Shown in pieces: positions 22,626 through 32,300 of a stretch of DNA of 64,000 nt (within the stretch, counting starts at the first letter, position 1; each line of letters starts with the position of its first letter). Origin of the DNA: an uncultured virus (IMG/VR IMGVR_UViG_2540341072_000002) (lineage: Duplodnaviria > Heunggongvirae > Uroviricota > Caudoviricetes). The notes under the pieces were generated by a model, which was not told the origin of the DNA, did not search any database, and worked only from the letters and a program-made list of their open reading frames with translations. The stretch is taken from IMG/VR virus record IMGVR_UViG_2540341072_000002, one strand, 5' to 3'. Position numbers and translations under genes: made by a program.

Positions 22626-22673
22626 CAAACAACCTCCATATATTTTATTTTTACTCTAAATAAAATTGATCTT

Positions 22674-22793
22674 TTATTTTAATTTCTTTAGCACTTTTTC
22701 AAACTCTGTTTTTGCTTCGTTCATAATTTGATATACCTTGTGATGAATTGTTGACTCACAAGAAGCTGACAGTCTTTTAATAAAACGTTCCAC
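22674..22793 (-). CDS. yorT: Hypothetical 39-aa protein
   Basis: Read manually; AAAGGAG RBS, GTG start. Confidence 0.6.
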   Translation of the reverse strand: MERFIKRLSASCESTIHHKVYQIMNEAKTEFEKVLKKLK

Positions 22794-22824
22794 TGTTTTC
22801 TCCTTTCTGGATAAATGAGATATT

Positions 22825-23343
22825 TTAAAGTAATTTTCGTTCAATCTCTTCCCAATTCATAACACGAATAAATCTATTTTCATTCCTGTTATGGGGAGCA
22901 TCAAATAGTATCTTCATTCCTTCAAATGATTCTAAGTTATGTATTCCATCATCGATCATGATGTCTGCTTTAATTATGTTTTTATTGCCACAAAGCACAA
23001 CATTGCTATGAGGAATAAATGGAAAATATTCTGTAAGCCATTCAAGCTTTGCTTTAAGGGAATCTGGATGGTTTGTTGCTGTAGTCACAACATACACTTC
23101 ATATTTCTTCATCAGCTCTTTTGTCACTCTTTGGCTACCTTCTATAACATTTAGATTTCTGAACAAATCGTAATCTAAATGTCTATAAACATTATTGTTG
23201 GTATTTGTATATTTTTTTATATCCCAACATAGGATGTCTTTCTCTTTGAGAAAAGGATCATCGTATGTGTTAATGTAAGCTACCCAATCACTTAGTAAAT
23301 CAGCTAAGACCTGATCCATGTCAATCGCAATTACTTTTTTCAT
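22825..23343 (-). CDS. yorS: 5'(3')-deoxyribonucleotidase (HAD)
   Basis: IDMDQVL, K..WL, MIDD motifs. Confidence 0.9.
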   Translation of the reverse strand: MKKVIAIDMDQVLADLLSDWVAYINTYDDPFLKEKDILCWDIKKYTNTNNNVYRHLDYDLFRNLNVIEGSQRVTKELMKKYEVYVVTTATNHPDSLKAKLEWLTEYFPFIPHSNVVLCGNKNIIKADIMIDDGIHNLESFEGMKILFDAPHNRNENRFIRVMNWEEIERKLL

Positions 23344-23351
23344 AAATTCCC

Positions 23352-23849
23352 CTATTCCACTAAAAAGATTATGTCTTTAGCAATTTCGTCACTTGACCAT
23401 TGTCCAGTATCCCATGAATATGTATGTAATCCCGCATTGCTCATAACTTCTCTGTACAACTCTAAAATTGAATCAATGTCTTTTCCCTCTATATACTCAT
23501 CTCCACGTACCCTCAACCTTTTCTTAATAACGCTTGGATCAGCGTGTAAGTATACAACCTTCGCTTTTGCTTTAATTTTATCCTCAATAAATCTAAGCTG
23601 TCGCTCTGTAAGGATCGAGTAATCTTTGAATTTCTTTGCATATACCAAGTTAGAATAAACAAACCTGTCAATAATCACGTTGTCTTCATCAGCTAGTTTA
23701 TTGAAGTGTTCAAATAACTTCTCATTTCCGCTTTTGGCCAACTCAAAGCTTGAACCTTTGATAATTGGATACTTCAGTTCTTTACTTAGCTTTGCTGCAA
23801 CTGTTGATTTAAAGCAGCAATCAGGCCCCTCCAAGATAATTAATGTCAT
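23352..23849 (-). CDS. yorR: Deoxynucleoside monophosphate kinase-like protein
   Basis: EGPDCCFKST P-loop variant, IIDR. Confidence 0.85.
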   Translation of the reverse strand: MTLIILEGPDCCFKSTVAAKLSKELKYPIIKGSSFELAKSGNEKLFEHFNKLADEDNVIIDRFVYSNLVYAKKFKDYSILTERQLRFIEDKIKAKAKVVYLHADPSVIKKRLRVRGDEYIEGKDIDSILELYREVMSNAGLHTYSWDTGQWSSDEIAKDIIFLVE

Positions 23850-24004
23850 TAATCCTCCACCTTCCTTACTTTATGAAATCCAACAACCTGGTAAGTGCCA
23901 TCAGGATACTTTACTTCTATCTGGTTGTATCGATAATCAACTTTCGCAACAGCTCCAATCTCATCTGTAAAATCAACAATTACCTTTTGACCTTTTTTAA
24001 ACAT
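23849..24004 (-). CDS. yorQ: 51-aa SH3/KOW-like protein
   Basis: Read manually: MFKKGQKVIV... Confidence 0.65.
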   Translation of the reverse strand: MFKKGQKVIVDFTDEIGAVAKVDYRYNQIEVKYPDGTYQVVGFHKVRKVED

Positions 24005-24212
24005 AAGCTAAACCTCCCTTTAGTGGTGTTAATTCATGTTCTTTAAAGTAAGTAATGTCACCTGTTTCATCGCTAACTGCATAGTCATATGTAGCTGAAT
24101 GTAAATGCTCGATAATCTTTCCTTTTCTCCCCACATGATGTGGGCATCCATATCGTGCATTATTGTTAATTTCTACAGCTAGTCCAACAGGATAACTCCA
24201 GTATTTAGGCAA
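23997..24212 (-). CDS. yorP: Small beta-barrel protein
   Basis: ORF track, GGAGGT RBS. Confidence 0.7.
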   Translation of the reverse strand: MPKYWSYPVGLAVEINNNARYGCPHHVGRKGKIIEHLHSATYDYAVSDETGDITYFKEHELTPLKGGLAYV

Positions 24213-24244
24213 TTTAATACCACCTCCCCTCAATAAAAAACCTC

Positions 24245-24442
24245 TTAATCTTCTGTTACTATTCTCGAAACCTGTTTTTCATTAAACCCAAGGGACGACA
24301 AGAACCTCTTAAAATCATCTAGCAACAATCTAGGGATTTCCCCTTTATGTTCTTCAATAATCGACGGTTTATAAGTCTTATTTAATCTGGTCACCTGTCC
24401 ATATTCGTCTGTGAATGACATTTCAATTTGAATACACTTCAA
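24245..24442 (-). CDS. yorO: Hypothetical phage protein
   Basis: ORF track. Confidence 0.65.
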   Translation of the reverse strand: MKCIQIEMSFTDEYGQVTRLNKTYKPSIIEEHKGEIPRLLLDDFKRFLSSLGFNEKQVSRIVTED

Positions 24443-24477
24443 TTATCTCACCCTATTTTTTATTTTTGTCATGCATT

Positions 24478-24636
24478 TTAACTGCTTGTTGCCATAACAA
24501 CATCATCAAAACGTCTTTCATCATAAGTTCCATCATAATAACAGAGTTCTACTGTTTCTGTTTCAGGATAGATCGCTTCAATAATCCCACGCTCTCCAGT
24601 TGATTTTACCTTAGCCTCTTTATCCAAAATGAACAT
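24478..24636 (-). CDS. yorN: About 50-aa SH3-like protein
   Basis: Read manually: MFILDKEAKVKSTGERGII... Confidence 0.6.
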   Translation of the reverse strand: MFILDKEAKVKSTGERGIIEAIYPETETVELCYYDGTYDERRFDDVVMATSS

Positions 24637-24744
24637 CCTCTTCACTCTCTCTATGTAATAGTTTTCCTTGGGATAAATTTCATGTTATGTATTGCATCGA
24701 ACGAATTGTTGAAATGTTTATACCTTTCAGTCATTTGGATCGAT

Positions 24745-25461
24745 TTACCAGCTTACTCTTACATTTTTACGACCAAATGCATTTGCTTCTTGCTCACTGT
24801 CCATTAGAATATCAATACGATTGTTTTTAATGTCCCCTCCTGTATCTATTGCATATGCTTGAAAGCTATTTCCTTCATATGAAACTTGCACTAATGAATA
24901 CAAAGGAATTACTTCTGGATCAACAGCAATTATTCTTTTTCCATTGTAATAGGATGTGTTTGATACATCGTAGCCGGTTCTTGTTTTCCCTGTGCACCCT
25001 GTAGAGCAAAACGCAGTATAAGCAGTAGCAACAACTTCATGACTCTTCACTGCCTTTGCATTTGTACTTTTTGAAACTGCTTTATCAAGATTTCTCTTTG
25101 TATTGGTTTTTTGCACTTTTTTTGTTTTTGTATGTTTTGCTGCTTTTTTATTTTCTTCTGTTAGATATGTAATTGTCGCATTAAGATACTTTTTTCTACT
25201 TTCAGCCTGCTTTTCTTCCTCACTCTTTAGCCTAGGAAGGATTCTTGGAACGTCAATTTCGTGAATAAGTTTTTGCCTCACCTCTTTTTTATTTAAATAA
25301 AATGACTTTTTTATTGAGACTTGATTATCTTGATGTGTATACAAGTTTTTAGCGCTATATACGAGCCCTACTCCTAACAAACCAATTGTAGCAAAAAGTG
25401 CCATTTTGTTAATTCTATGATATACATATTTTTTATGTTTGTCTATAAGTTTTTTGAAAAT
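24745..25461 (-). CDS. yorM: 3D-domain (MltA-like) cell-wall protein with N-terminal TM; ATT start at 25461 or ATG at 25404
   Basis: ATAYT, IAVDP, DTGG..K.NRIDI motifs. Confidence 0.85.
   Translation of the reverse strand: MFKKLIDKHKKYVYHRINKMALFATIGLLGVGLVYSAKNLYTHQDNQVSIKKSFYLNKKEVRQKLIHEIDVPRILPRLKSEEEKQAESRKKYLNATITYLTEENKKAAKHTKTKKVQKTNTKRNLDKAVSKSTNAKAVKSHEVVATAYTAFCSTGCTGKTRTGYDVSNTSYYNGKRIIAVDPEVIPLYSLVQVSYEGNSFQAYAIDTGGDIKNNRIDILMDSEQEANAFGRKNVRVSW
25417..25445 (-). promoter_or_regulatory. SPbeta repeated element / promoter
   Basis: TAGACA-N17-TATCAT. Confidence 0.7.
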
Positions 25462-25488
25462 TTTTATCTCTCCTATATCAGTTAAGAT

Positions 25489-28400
25489 TTATATTTCTGC
25501 CCTTTTAGTTGTCAAACTCATACTTCCTTCATTATCAACAAAATCTATTCTGCAGACTGTGTGATTATATATGCTATCTTTATAGACCTTCGGAATAAAA
25601 TTGTTACCTCTTCTGAAACCAGTAAACATGAGCAATGTTCCTCTGGTATACCAAGATTTCTCGATTACCTCTTTCTTTCCGCCACCAATTGATCTAGAAA
25701 TCTGTTTATTGTAATGACTAAAGCTGCCCGACCACTGTTTAACTGTAACCACCCCTGTAGGTGTTAGAAGAGTAATTGCATGTTTGTTTTTATCCCTATC
25801 TAAAACAGTGCCTATAATCCGTGTAGTCTCATATTCATAGAGAGTTTTCCCTCTCCATTGATAAGGTTTACCTTTGACCGGCTCTGCTGGCAGTTTATAA
25901 AAGTCAGCAATATCATACTTGGCAAAGTTTACACCAGAAAGCTCATGGTCATTATAATAATAGCTCAATGAATCCATTTCCCACTTTCCTAATGACCCAT
26001 CGGCGTATTTTTCCCACTCTTTTATTAATAAACAATCATTCAATTTCTTCAGTGGTTCTTCTGTTGTTATCCAGGACTTTATATTAGACATCTTGTTATC
26101 ATATTCTTTTTTAAAAGCTTTTTCAGAAATGACAAGCTGCCCGTTTAACATGTCAACTACACTATCCTCACTGAAATGCTGGTTATAAAACGAAGCTGAT
26201 ACATCGTCCAATAAAAAAAGTTTATCTTTTGGCGACTTTAATGTTTTGTACACCTTTTTGCTGATGTAATCTTTAAAACGAAAGAATCTCACTTCTTGTG
26301 CAAATTCTGAAGGAACAATGTTGTTTTCAATTAGCATTTTTAAATTAGACAACGTAAGCTTACTTTTTGGTTCTGATATTAAGCTAATAAAGGCCTTCAT
26401 GATTTCTTGCCTGTTTCCAAAAGAATCAAAGCAGCCTCCTTTTATTAATTGGATTACTTGTCCTTTCTTAATAATGCCGCTCTTAAACATTCTTTCAATA
26501 AAGTCGTTAAAGTCACTATATGGTCTATTTAGAACTATATGATGAATAACATCGTCTCCAATTCCATTCATTCCTTTAAGTCCAAATAAAATTGAATTGT
26601 TGTTAATATCAGTCCTAAAACCAAAATCAGCCTTATTTATATCTGGGAGGTCTATTTTAATCCCTCTTTGTCTAATGTTTCCGATGGCTGAAGCAACTTT
26701 TCCGTAGTTTGTAGCAGCTGTCTTTTTGTTGTCTTTTGTATCCTCGGTATCTATTCCTCCGCTGTTTACCGTTAAACAAGCAGTATTCCAGTATAAAGGA
26801 TTATATCGATAGTTTAAGTTCAATTCCTGTAATGCAATAATTGAATATGCCAAGGTATGAAGTAAACTAAAACTGTAGCCAAACTGTCTTTTAAATTGAA
26901 CATTCCAGACATAATTCAACAGGTTATCAGAAGTGCCAATCTCCTTTCCTTTTTTAAAAAACAATTCTTCCACTTCTTTTAGTACATCTTCTTTCTTTTT
27001 TGCTATGGATTTCCTAAGATAATTTGATTCTTTAATGTCAAAGTTAGCTATATCTTTATCCATAACCATCTGCATAACCACTTCTTGAGTATCAGCAACA
27101 CCATAAATGTCCTTAAGGTGCCTCTCCATTACTCTGATTTCCTTTTCGCTTAGACCGTACCGTGTCATTTCTTCATACCATTTATTAAGGTTATTTTTGT
27201 ATTTAACATATGTATCTACAGGCTGTTCTTCACCGTCTGACATAAGCCTCATTAAAGAATTGGTTACTGCTGCTTCAAGTAAGTTCTTAGGTTTTACTTT
27301 GACAACTGATTGATGACCGACTTCAGTTGAGAACTGGAATAAATCCATGATTTCCCCATTACCAGCCATTTCCCATAGCTTATCATCTTCATACTCAATT
27401 ACGTCTGGATGGATGTATTTGTTGTATGTTTCCTTCAAGCTTCCTTGCCATTCAATTTCATTATTCTCGATTAATTGGTCTAATGTTACTCTAATCTTAT
27501 CTAAAGCTTCAATTGTAAGAAGGTCAAACTTTACTGAGCCCATGGCTTCACTGTCACCCATATTAAACTGTGTAATATAAGCTCCTTTAGGAGTTTTCAT
27601 CATTGCATTCGACTTTGTATATTCATCGTTAAAGATAATTACTCCGGCTGCATGAGAAGAGCGCTTATTAGTTAACCCTTCAATTTTTAAAGCTGTTTCT
27701 TTAAGATTAGGGTATTGTTCAACCTCCCTAATAAACTCTTTAATTGGCTTCCTGCCAGTTTCTTTGTCACCATAAAAACAATGCTTCAAAGGCCAGTTAG
27801 ATCCTCTTTCAAATGGAATCATTCCACTTAAATACTGGGATATATCATTATCGATTCCTAAGCCTCTACATGCTGTCTGAAGCGCTGATTTTGAACCCTC
27901 AGTTCCAAAAGTAGCAATTTGAAGAACACGCTTGTCTCCAAACCTTTCTCTTAGTGCCTTAAGAATTTTTTGTCTTTTTGATCCTTCAGTATCAATATCG
28001 ATATCTGGTAGGTCAGGTCTCGATTTATGTATATGTCTCCAATGTGGTAAATCATATTGCATTGGATTAATTTGAGTATTGTCGAGTAGATAATTAACTA
28101 AGTAACCTGCAGCACTTCCCCTGGCTGCCCCAACTAAACTATCTCCTCCACACTCATCATCCCAAATAATATTAATGATTTCTCTAACTGTTATGTAATA
28201 AGAAGACATAGACTGATTCAGCTTTTGGCTGATTTCCCAAAGTTCACCCAGTTCAACGTTAATCCTGTTCAATATTTTATGAAAAGCTTCTCTCGTTAGT
28301 TCGCTTGTTTTTAATTTCTCTTCAAATCCGTCCTCAATTAACTTAAGGAGATATCTATCTTGTTCATCTGCTGATTCAGACATCTTTTTTATATATTCAT

Positions 28401-29406
28401 ATTGATCATATGCTGGTTTAAATAAATGTCTTAATTTAAAGTTAGGAAGCTCCATCTTAGGGATAATTGGTTCGTGCTCTATAGTATAGTCTTCAATCAT
28501 CTCACCAATGAGCATTGTATTTTTTATGGCCTGATCGATGACTTCTTTATCAATGTAGTCCATTCTCTCGTGAATTTCATCAACGTTTTGAACGAAACAG
28601 GCTTCATAAAAGGAATCAACTTCTCTTTCTCCATCCTTAGCGTTTAAAAAGGCTTGATGAATTGCTCTATCTTCTGGTCTTAGATAGTGAGCATCTGTTG
28701 TAACAATCATTTGCAAGTCATACCCGTTGGCTATATCTATCAGCTTCTTGTTACAGTAAATCTGTTCTTCACTCAGTGCAGGTTGAAGCTCGATAAAAAA
28801 CTTATCCTTCCCAAAAACCTCTATACACCAAGTTATAAACTCATGAATCTTTAGTTTGTGCTGCTTAATTGACTGAGAATCACCAGTTTCTTCAAAAGCC
28901 TTTATCTTTAACAGGTGAATGTTTACCTCAGACCCCAAGCAAGCTGTGGTAGCAATGATGTGGCCTGGATCTTTACTTAATAGCTCCTCTACATCCTTTT
29001 TTACTGTCGGCACTCTTTCCATTGTTCCTGTATAAAATGAGTTTTCCCAGGCTTGAGAAGACAGTATTCTTAACTGCTCATGTCCTTTTGGATCCATTGC
29101 CAACATCAAGAAATGCGGAAATTTTGTCACTCCCGATTTATAGTTATCTCGAACTTCCTCTAAAGAATCGACTAGGTACGCTTCATTGCCCAATATCAGT
29201 TTAAAATCTTCTGGCATATCCCCCTTCTTTTTCATTTCTCTAACTGTTCGAATAGCATCTAAATGTGCTGAGAGGACTTCATGGTCTGTTATGGCCAATC
29301 CCTTATATTCCATCTTTACTGCAGTTTTGAGCAGTTCTTTAACTGAGTTTGTTGAGTCTAGAAGCCTTATGTTACTCCTATCTGTGTGACAGTGACATCC
29401 TATCAA
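25489..29406 (-). CDS. yorL: DNA polymerase III alpha subunit (DnaE-like)
   Basis: PHP domain (HCHT, AITDH), RGSAAG, PDIDID, HAAGV, KFDLL. Confidence 0.95.
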   Translation of the reverse strand: MIGCHCHTDRSNIRLLDSTNSVKELLKTAVKMEYKGLAITDHEVLSAHLDAIRTVREMKKKGDMPEDFKLILGNEAYLVDSLEEVRDNYKSGVTKFPHFLMLAMDPKGHEQLRILSSQAWENSFYTGTMERVPTVKKDVEELLSKDPGHIIATTACLGSEVNIHLLKIKAFEETGDSQSIKQHKLKIHEFITWCIEVFGKDKFFIELQPALSEEQIYCNKKLIDIANGYDLQMIVTTDAHYLRPEDRAIHQAFLNAKDGEREVDSFYEACFVQNVDEIHERMDYIDKEVIDQAIKNTMLIGEMIEDYTIEHEPIIPKMELPNFKLRHLFKPAYDQYEYIKKMSESADEQDRYLLKLIEDGFEEKLKTSELTREAFHKILNRINVELGELWEISQKLNQSMSSYYITVREIINIIWDDECGGDSLVGAARGSAAGYLVNYLLDNTQINPMQYDLPHWRHIHKSRPDLPDIDIDTEGSKRQKILKALRERFGDKRVLQIATFGTEGSKSALQTACRGLGIDNDISQYLSGMIPFERGSNWPLKHCFYGDKETGRKPIKEFIREVEQYPNLKETALKIEGLTNKRSSHAAGVIIFNDEYTKSNAMMKTPKGAYITQFNMGDSEAMGSVKFDLLTIEALDKIRVTLDQLIENNEIEWQGSLKETYNKYIHPDVIEYEDDKLWEMAGNGEIMDLFQFSTEVGHQSVVKVKPKNLLEAAVTNSLMRLMSDGEEQPVDTYVKYKNNLNKWYEEMTRYGLSEKEIRVMERHLKDIYGVADTQEVVMQMVMDKDIANFDIKESNYLRKSIAKKKEDVLKEVEELFFKKGKEIGTSDNLLNYVWNVQFKRQFGYSFSLLHTLAYSIIALQELNLNYRYNPLYWNTACLTVNSGGIDTEDTKDNKKTAATNYGKVASAIGNIRQRGIKIDLPDINKADFGFRTDINNNSILFGLKGMNGIGDDVIHHIVLNRPYSDFNDFIERMFKSGIIKKGQVIQLIKGGCFDSFGNRQEIMKAFISLISEPKSKLTLSNLKMLIENNIVPSEFAQEVRFFRFKDYISKKVYKTLKSPKDKLFLLDDVSASFYNQHFSEDSVVDMLNGQLVISEKAFKKEYDNKMSNIKSWITTEEPLKKLNDCLLIKEWEKYADGSLGKWEMDSLSYYYNDHELSGVNFAKYDIADFYKLPAEPVKGKPYQWRGKTLYEYETTRIIGTVLDRDKNKHAITLLTPTGVVTVKQWSGSFSHYNKQISRSIGGGKKEVIEKSWYTRGTLLMFTGFRRGNNFIPKVYKDSIYNHTVCRIDFVDNEGSMSLTTKRAEI

Positions 29407-29418
29407 CTTTTCTCCCCC

Positions 29419-31149
29419 TTAAAACACAAGTTCTTTTTGTTTTGTGCGAACCACCTCCAATTCATAAATCTCGATTTGAGGTGTTTTCTTGCCTTTGTAT
29501 TCATTTGCCTTTGCTTTGCCAATTACATTAATGACTAACGTTCCATTTGATGCAGTAAGCTGATTAAAGTAATTCTCATCACTTTTAAACCTTATGTATT
29601 CAATATCGCCATGCTTAAATTTAACAGTTGTCTTATTCTTTTTCCCTAAATGCTCAATTTGTTCGACTTCAATTTCAAGATCCGTTATAGCTATTAAGGG
29701 TTCTTCAACTTTGTAACCCCAATAGTCTTTGTAACCATCAAGTTGAAGGATAAATTCTTTTCTCAATCGTTTTGCTGGGATCTCAAAATCAACATTCTGA
29801 ATATCTTCTTCGATATTTATGTCTTTAAATTTTTCATTCAGCACTTTGTTCACCAGGATTAAGTTCTGTCGTTTAATTGCAAAGCCCGCTGCATTTGGGT
29901 GACCTTCAACAAACTCAAATAATCCAGTATCTATAAGCTCTTTCTTAAAATCCTTTATAAACCCTTTATCATATCCTCGTATAGAGCCACTCAAGATATC
30001 TTTACCTTTTTCGGGATCGTTTCTGGCTAACAAGACCGGCTTTTTATATTCTTCTGCAAGCTGATTGGCCACCAGTCCAGTTAGGCTTTTATCTAGAATT
30101 CCTTCAATGTAAACAATGAGTACTTTATTCGCTGTTAAACTTTTCTCTTCTATTCTATTTTTAATTTCCACTCCAGCTGCATCTACAATCCGTTTCTGCT
30201 TTGCTTTTAGATTTCCTAGAATCCTAACTGTGTCTTCATGTATTGATACAAGCTCAGTTTCACTTTGCCCACGTTTTTTGTAGGGAACCTTTTCTTTAGA
30301 AAGGAGGAATGCTCTCATCATTTGATCTTTTTCTTCACTGCTTCCAACCCTAATGGCAGCGTTAATTAAAGGGTTAATAAAGAACTGTGTATTCTGTATG
30401 CTCTTGTCACCCTTGGTTGAAAACTCTTGCTTCTTAAACAGCTTCTTTAATAATGGATGTTTTATTTTCTTCAAGCCTTCATTCATAAAATACCTGGTTT
30501 CAAGGTTTCTTGAATCAGCCGAATCAGCAATGTTACCAATAGATACAAGGTCTAAGAATTGTTCGGCTTCATTTTTATTTAGCTTTTCATCAATTGCCTG
30601 GCAAAATTTATAGGCCATTCCTGCACCTGTCAGAGTTTTATTCGAATAATTAGGCGAAAGTTGATTATTTACTACGATCGCATGTTCAGACACTCGTTCA
30701 CATTCATGGTGATCAATAACAATTATTTCTGTGCCTCTCTTATTAAGAGCCTCATGTTCCTCAAATTGACTTGAACCTGCATCTGGGATTATGACTAAGT
30801 CAACATCATCAGGAATTGTATCAATAAAAATCCCATGCTCTTTCCCATCTTGAATTCTGTAGTGTATATTAGCTTTCGGACAAATCTTCTTTATGTAATT
30901 TATAATGATTGAGCTGGATGTGTATCCATCAACATCACTGTCTACCTGAACAAACAATTTATTTTTATTATTTAAATGCCTGATAAGACAATCTGCAGCT
31001 TTATCAATATTATTAAGCTTTGAATAATGAATAACTGAACTTTGATCAACATTAACAAACAACTTTGGATCTTCTATGCCTCTATTTTTTAAGATAGTAG
31101 CTAAAGGATCGAAATTATAATCATTGTCGCCAATTAGTCTATACTCCAT
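29419..31149 (-). CDS. yorK: RecJ-like ssDNA exonuclease (DHH)
   Basis: DSDVDG, IDHH, GSIRG, GHPNAAG. Confidence 0.92.
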   Translation of the reverse strand: MEYRLIGDNDYNFDPLATILKNRGIEDPKLFVNVDQSSVIHYSKLNNIDKAADCLIRHLNNKNKLFVQVDSDVDGYTSSSIIINYIKKICPKANIHYRIQDGKEHGIFIDTIPDDVDLVIIPDAGSSQFEEHEALNKRGTEIIVIDHHECERVSEHAIVVNNQLSPNYSNKTLTGAGMAYKFCQAIDEKLNKNEAEQFLDLVSIGNIADSADSRNLETRYFMNEGLKKIKHPLLKKLFKKQEFSTKGDKSIQNTQFFINPLINAAIRVGSSEEKDQMMRAFLLSKEKVPYKKRGQSETELVSIHEDTVRILGNLKAKQKRIVDAAGVEIKNRIEEKSLTANKVLIVYIEGILDKSLTGLVANQLAEEYKKPVLLARNDPEKGKDILSGSIRGYDKGFIKDFKKELIDTGLFEFVEGHPNAAGFAIKRQNLILVNKVLNEKFKDINIEEDIQNVDFEIPAKRLRKEFILQLDGYKDYWGYKVEEPLIAITDLEIEVEQIEHLGKKNKTTVKFKHGDIEYIRFKSDENYFNQLTASNGTLVINVIGKAKANEYKGKKTPQIEIYELEVVRTKQKELVF

Positions 31150-32285
31150 TAAATTCCCCCTTCATCTGTGCCAATCTCAATTTTCCTTCTCATTAGCTCC
31201 TCTAGAGTTTCCTTTCCCTTGTCCGCTGGGCTGTCCTTATAATCCAGTAAGCCTTCATAATCCCACAAAACATATACACGAACATAAGGAGTAAATTTTG
31301 CTGCGAGCTTTAGAATTTTCTTCTGATATTCAACCAGTTTTTCTTGATATTTCTCCTCTGTTTCATGTTCTTTTGGTGGTCGATATTTATCAAGAGCAAT
31401 AAAAACTTCTTCAACACCAAGAGACAATAAAATGTCACGGTGAAAATTAGAAATATTACTTGAACAAACAGCACAGGTGAAGTTTGATTCACCGTAAAAG
31501 TCTTGGCATTTTAATACTGATTTTTCTGATTCGAAAATCAATACTTTCTTGAACCTTTCTATCGAATTTTTTGTTTTATGTAATCCATATAGATTCATCA
31601 TTGTTTGATGGTTATATAAGATATTGCCTACTTTTAAAGGCATATATTTATAGCCTGCATCAACTTCTTCTTTAATCATTGAGCGCCTACGTATACCAAT
31701 CAACCTATTATTTAAATCTCGATGAGGAATGGTAATCCCTTCTGTATGAGGTCTAAAATAATACCCAATCTCAAACTCTTTTAATGTCTTGTGACTTATT
31801 CCCTCACCTAGCCACAATTGGTGAGGATAAGGCACAAATACATCTAGAACCGTTTCATTAAAGCTGGGGAGCTCAATATGTATTTTTTTCTTCTTTTTGA
31901 ACTTCCCCATCCATTCCCAGTCATCAATCAAATCATTGTTTATGTATGTCTCTCTATTCCCAAATCCAAATGTTCTTCCTGCTATTTTGGCAACATATTC
32001 GATAGCCTGATTAAAAGAGATATTAATTCCTTTTTGGCTTTTTGCTCTTATAACAAGTTCGAATACATCAAAATTATCCCCACACTCTGTATAACAGTGA
32101 AACTGTTTTGCTTCATGATAGTAATACAGCTTATAGCTCCCACCAGAAGCATTGTGACAAACGGTTCTGTAAATTGGATTTCCTTGTTGATCCCACAGAT
32201 TGTTCTCGCTACCTAAATCTTTTAAAATCTTATGTATATCCTCAATGGTTAGGCTTTCTTTTACTCTGTCTTTATCATACTTCAA
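31149..32285 (-). CDS. yorJ: DNA primase (Zn-binding plus TOPRIM)
   Basis: CH...HCYTECG, IFESEKS, IALD. Confidence 0.85.
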   Translation of the reverse strand: MKYDKDRVKESLTIEDIHKILKDLGSENNLWDQQGNPIYRTVCHNASGGSYKLYYYHEAKQFHCYTECGDNFDVFELVIRAKSQKGINISFNQAIEYVAKIAGRTFGFGNRETYINNDLIDDWEWMGKFKKKKKIHIELPSFNETVLDVFVPYPHQLWLGEGISHKTLKEFEIGYYFRPHTEGITIPHRDLNNRLIGIRRRSMIKEEVDAGYKYMPLKVGNILYNHQTMMNLYGLHKTKNSIERFKKVLIFESEKSVLKCQDFYGESNFTCAVCSSNISNFHRDILLSLGVEEVFIALDKYRPPKEHETEEKYQEKLVEYQKKILKLAAKFTPYVRVYVLWDYEGLLDYKDSPADKGKETLEELMRRKIEIGTDEGGI

Positions 32286-32300
32286 AGGGCGCTACACCCC

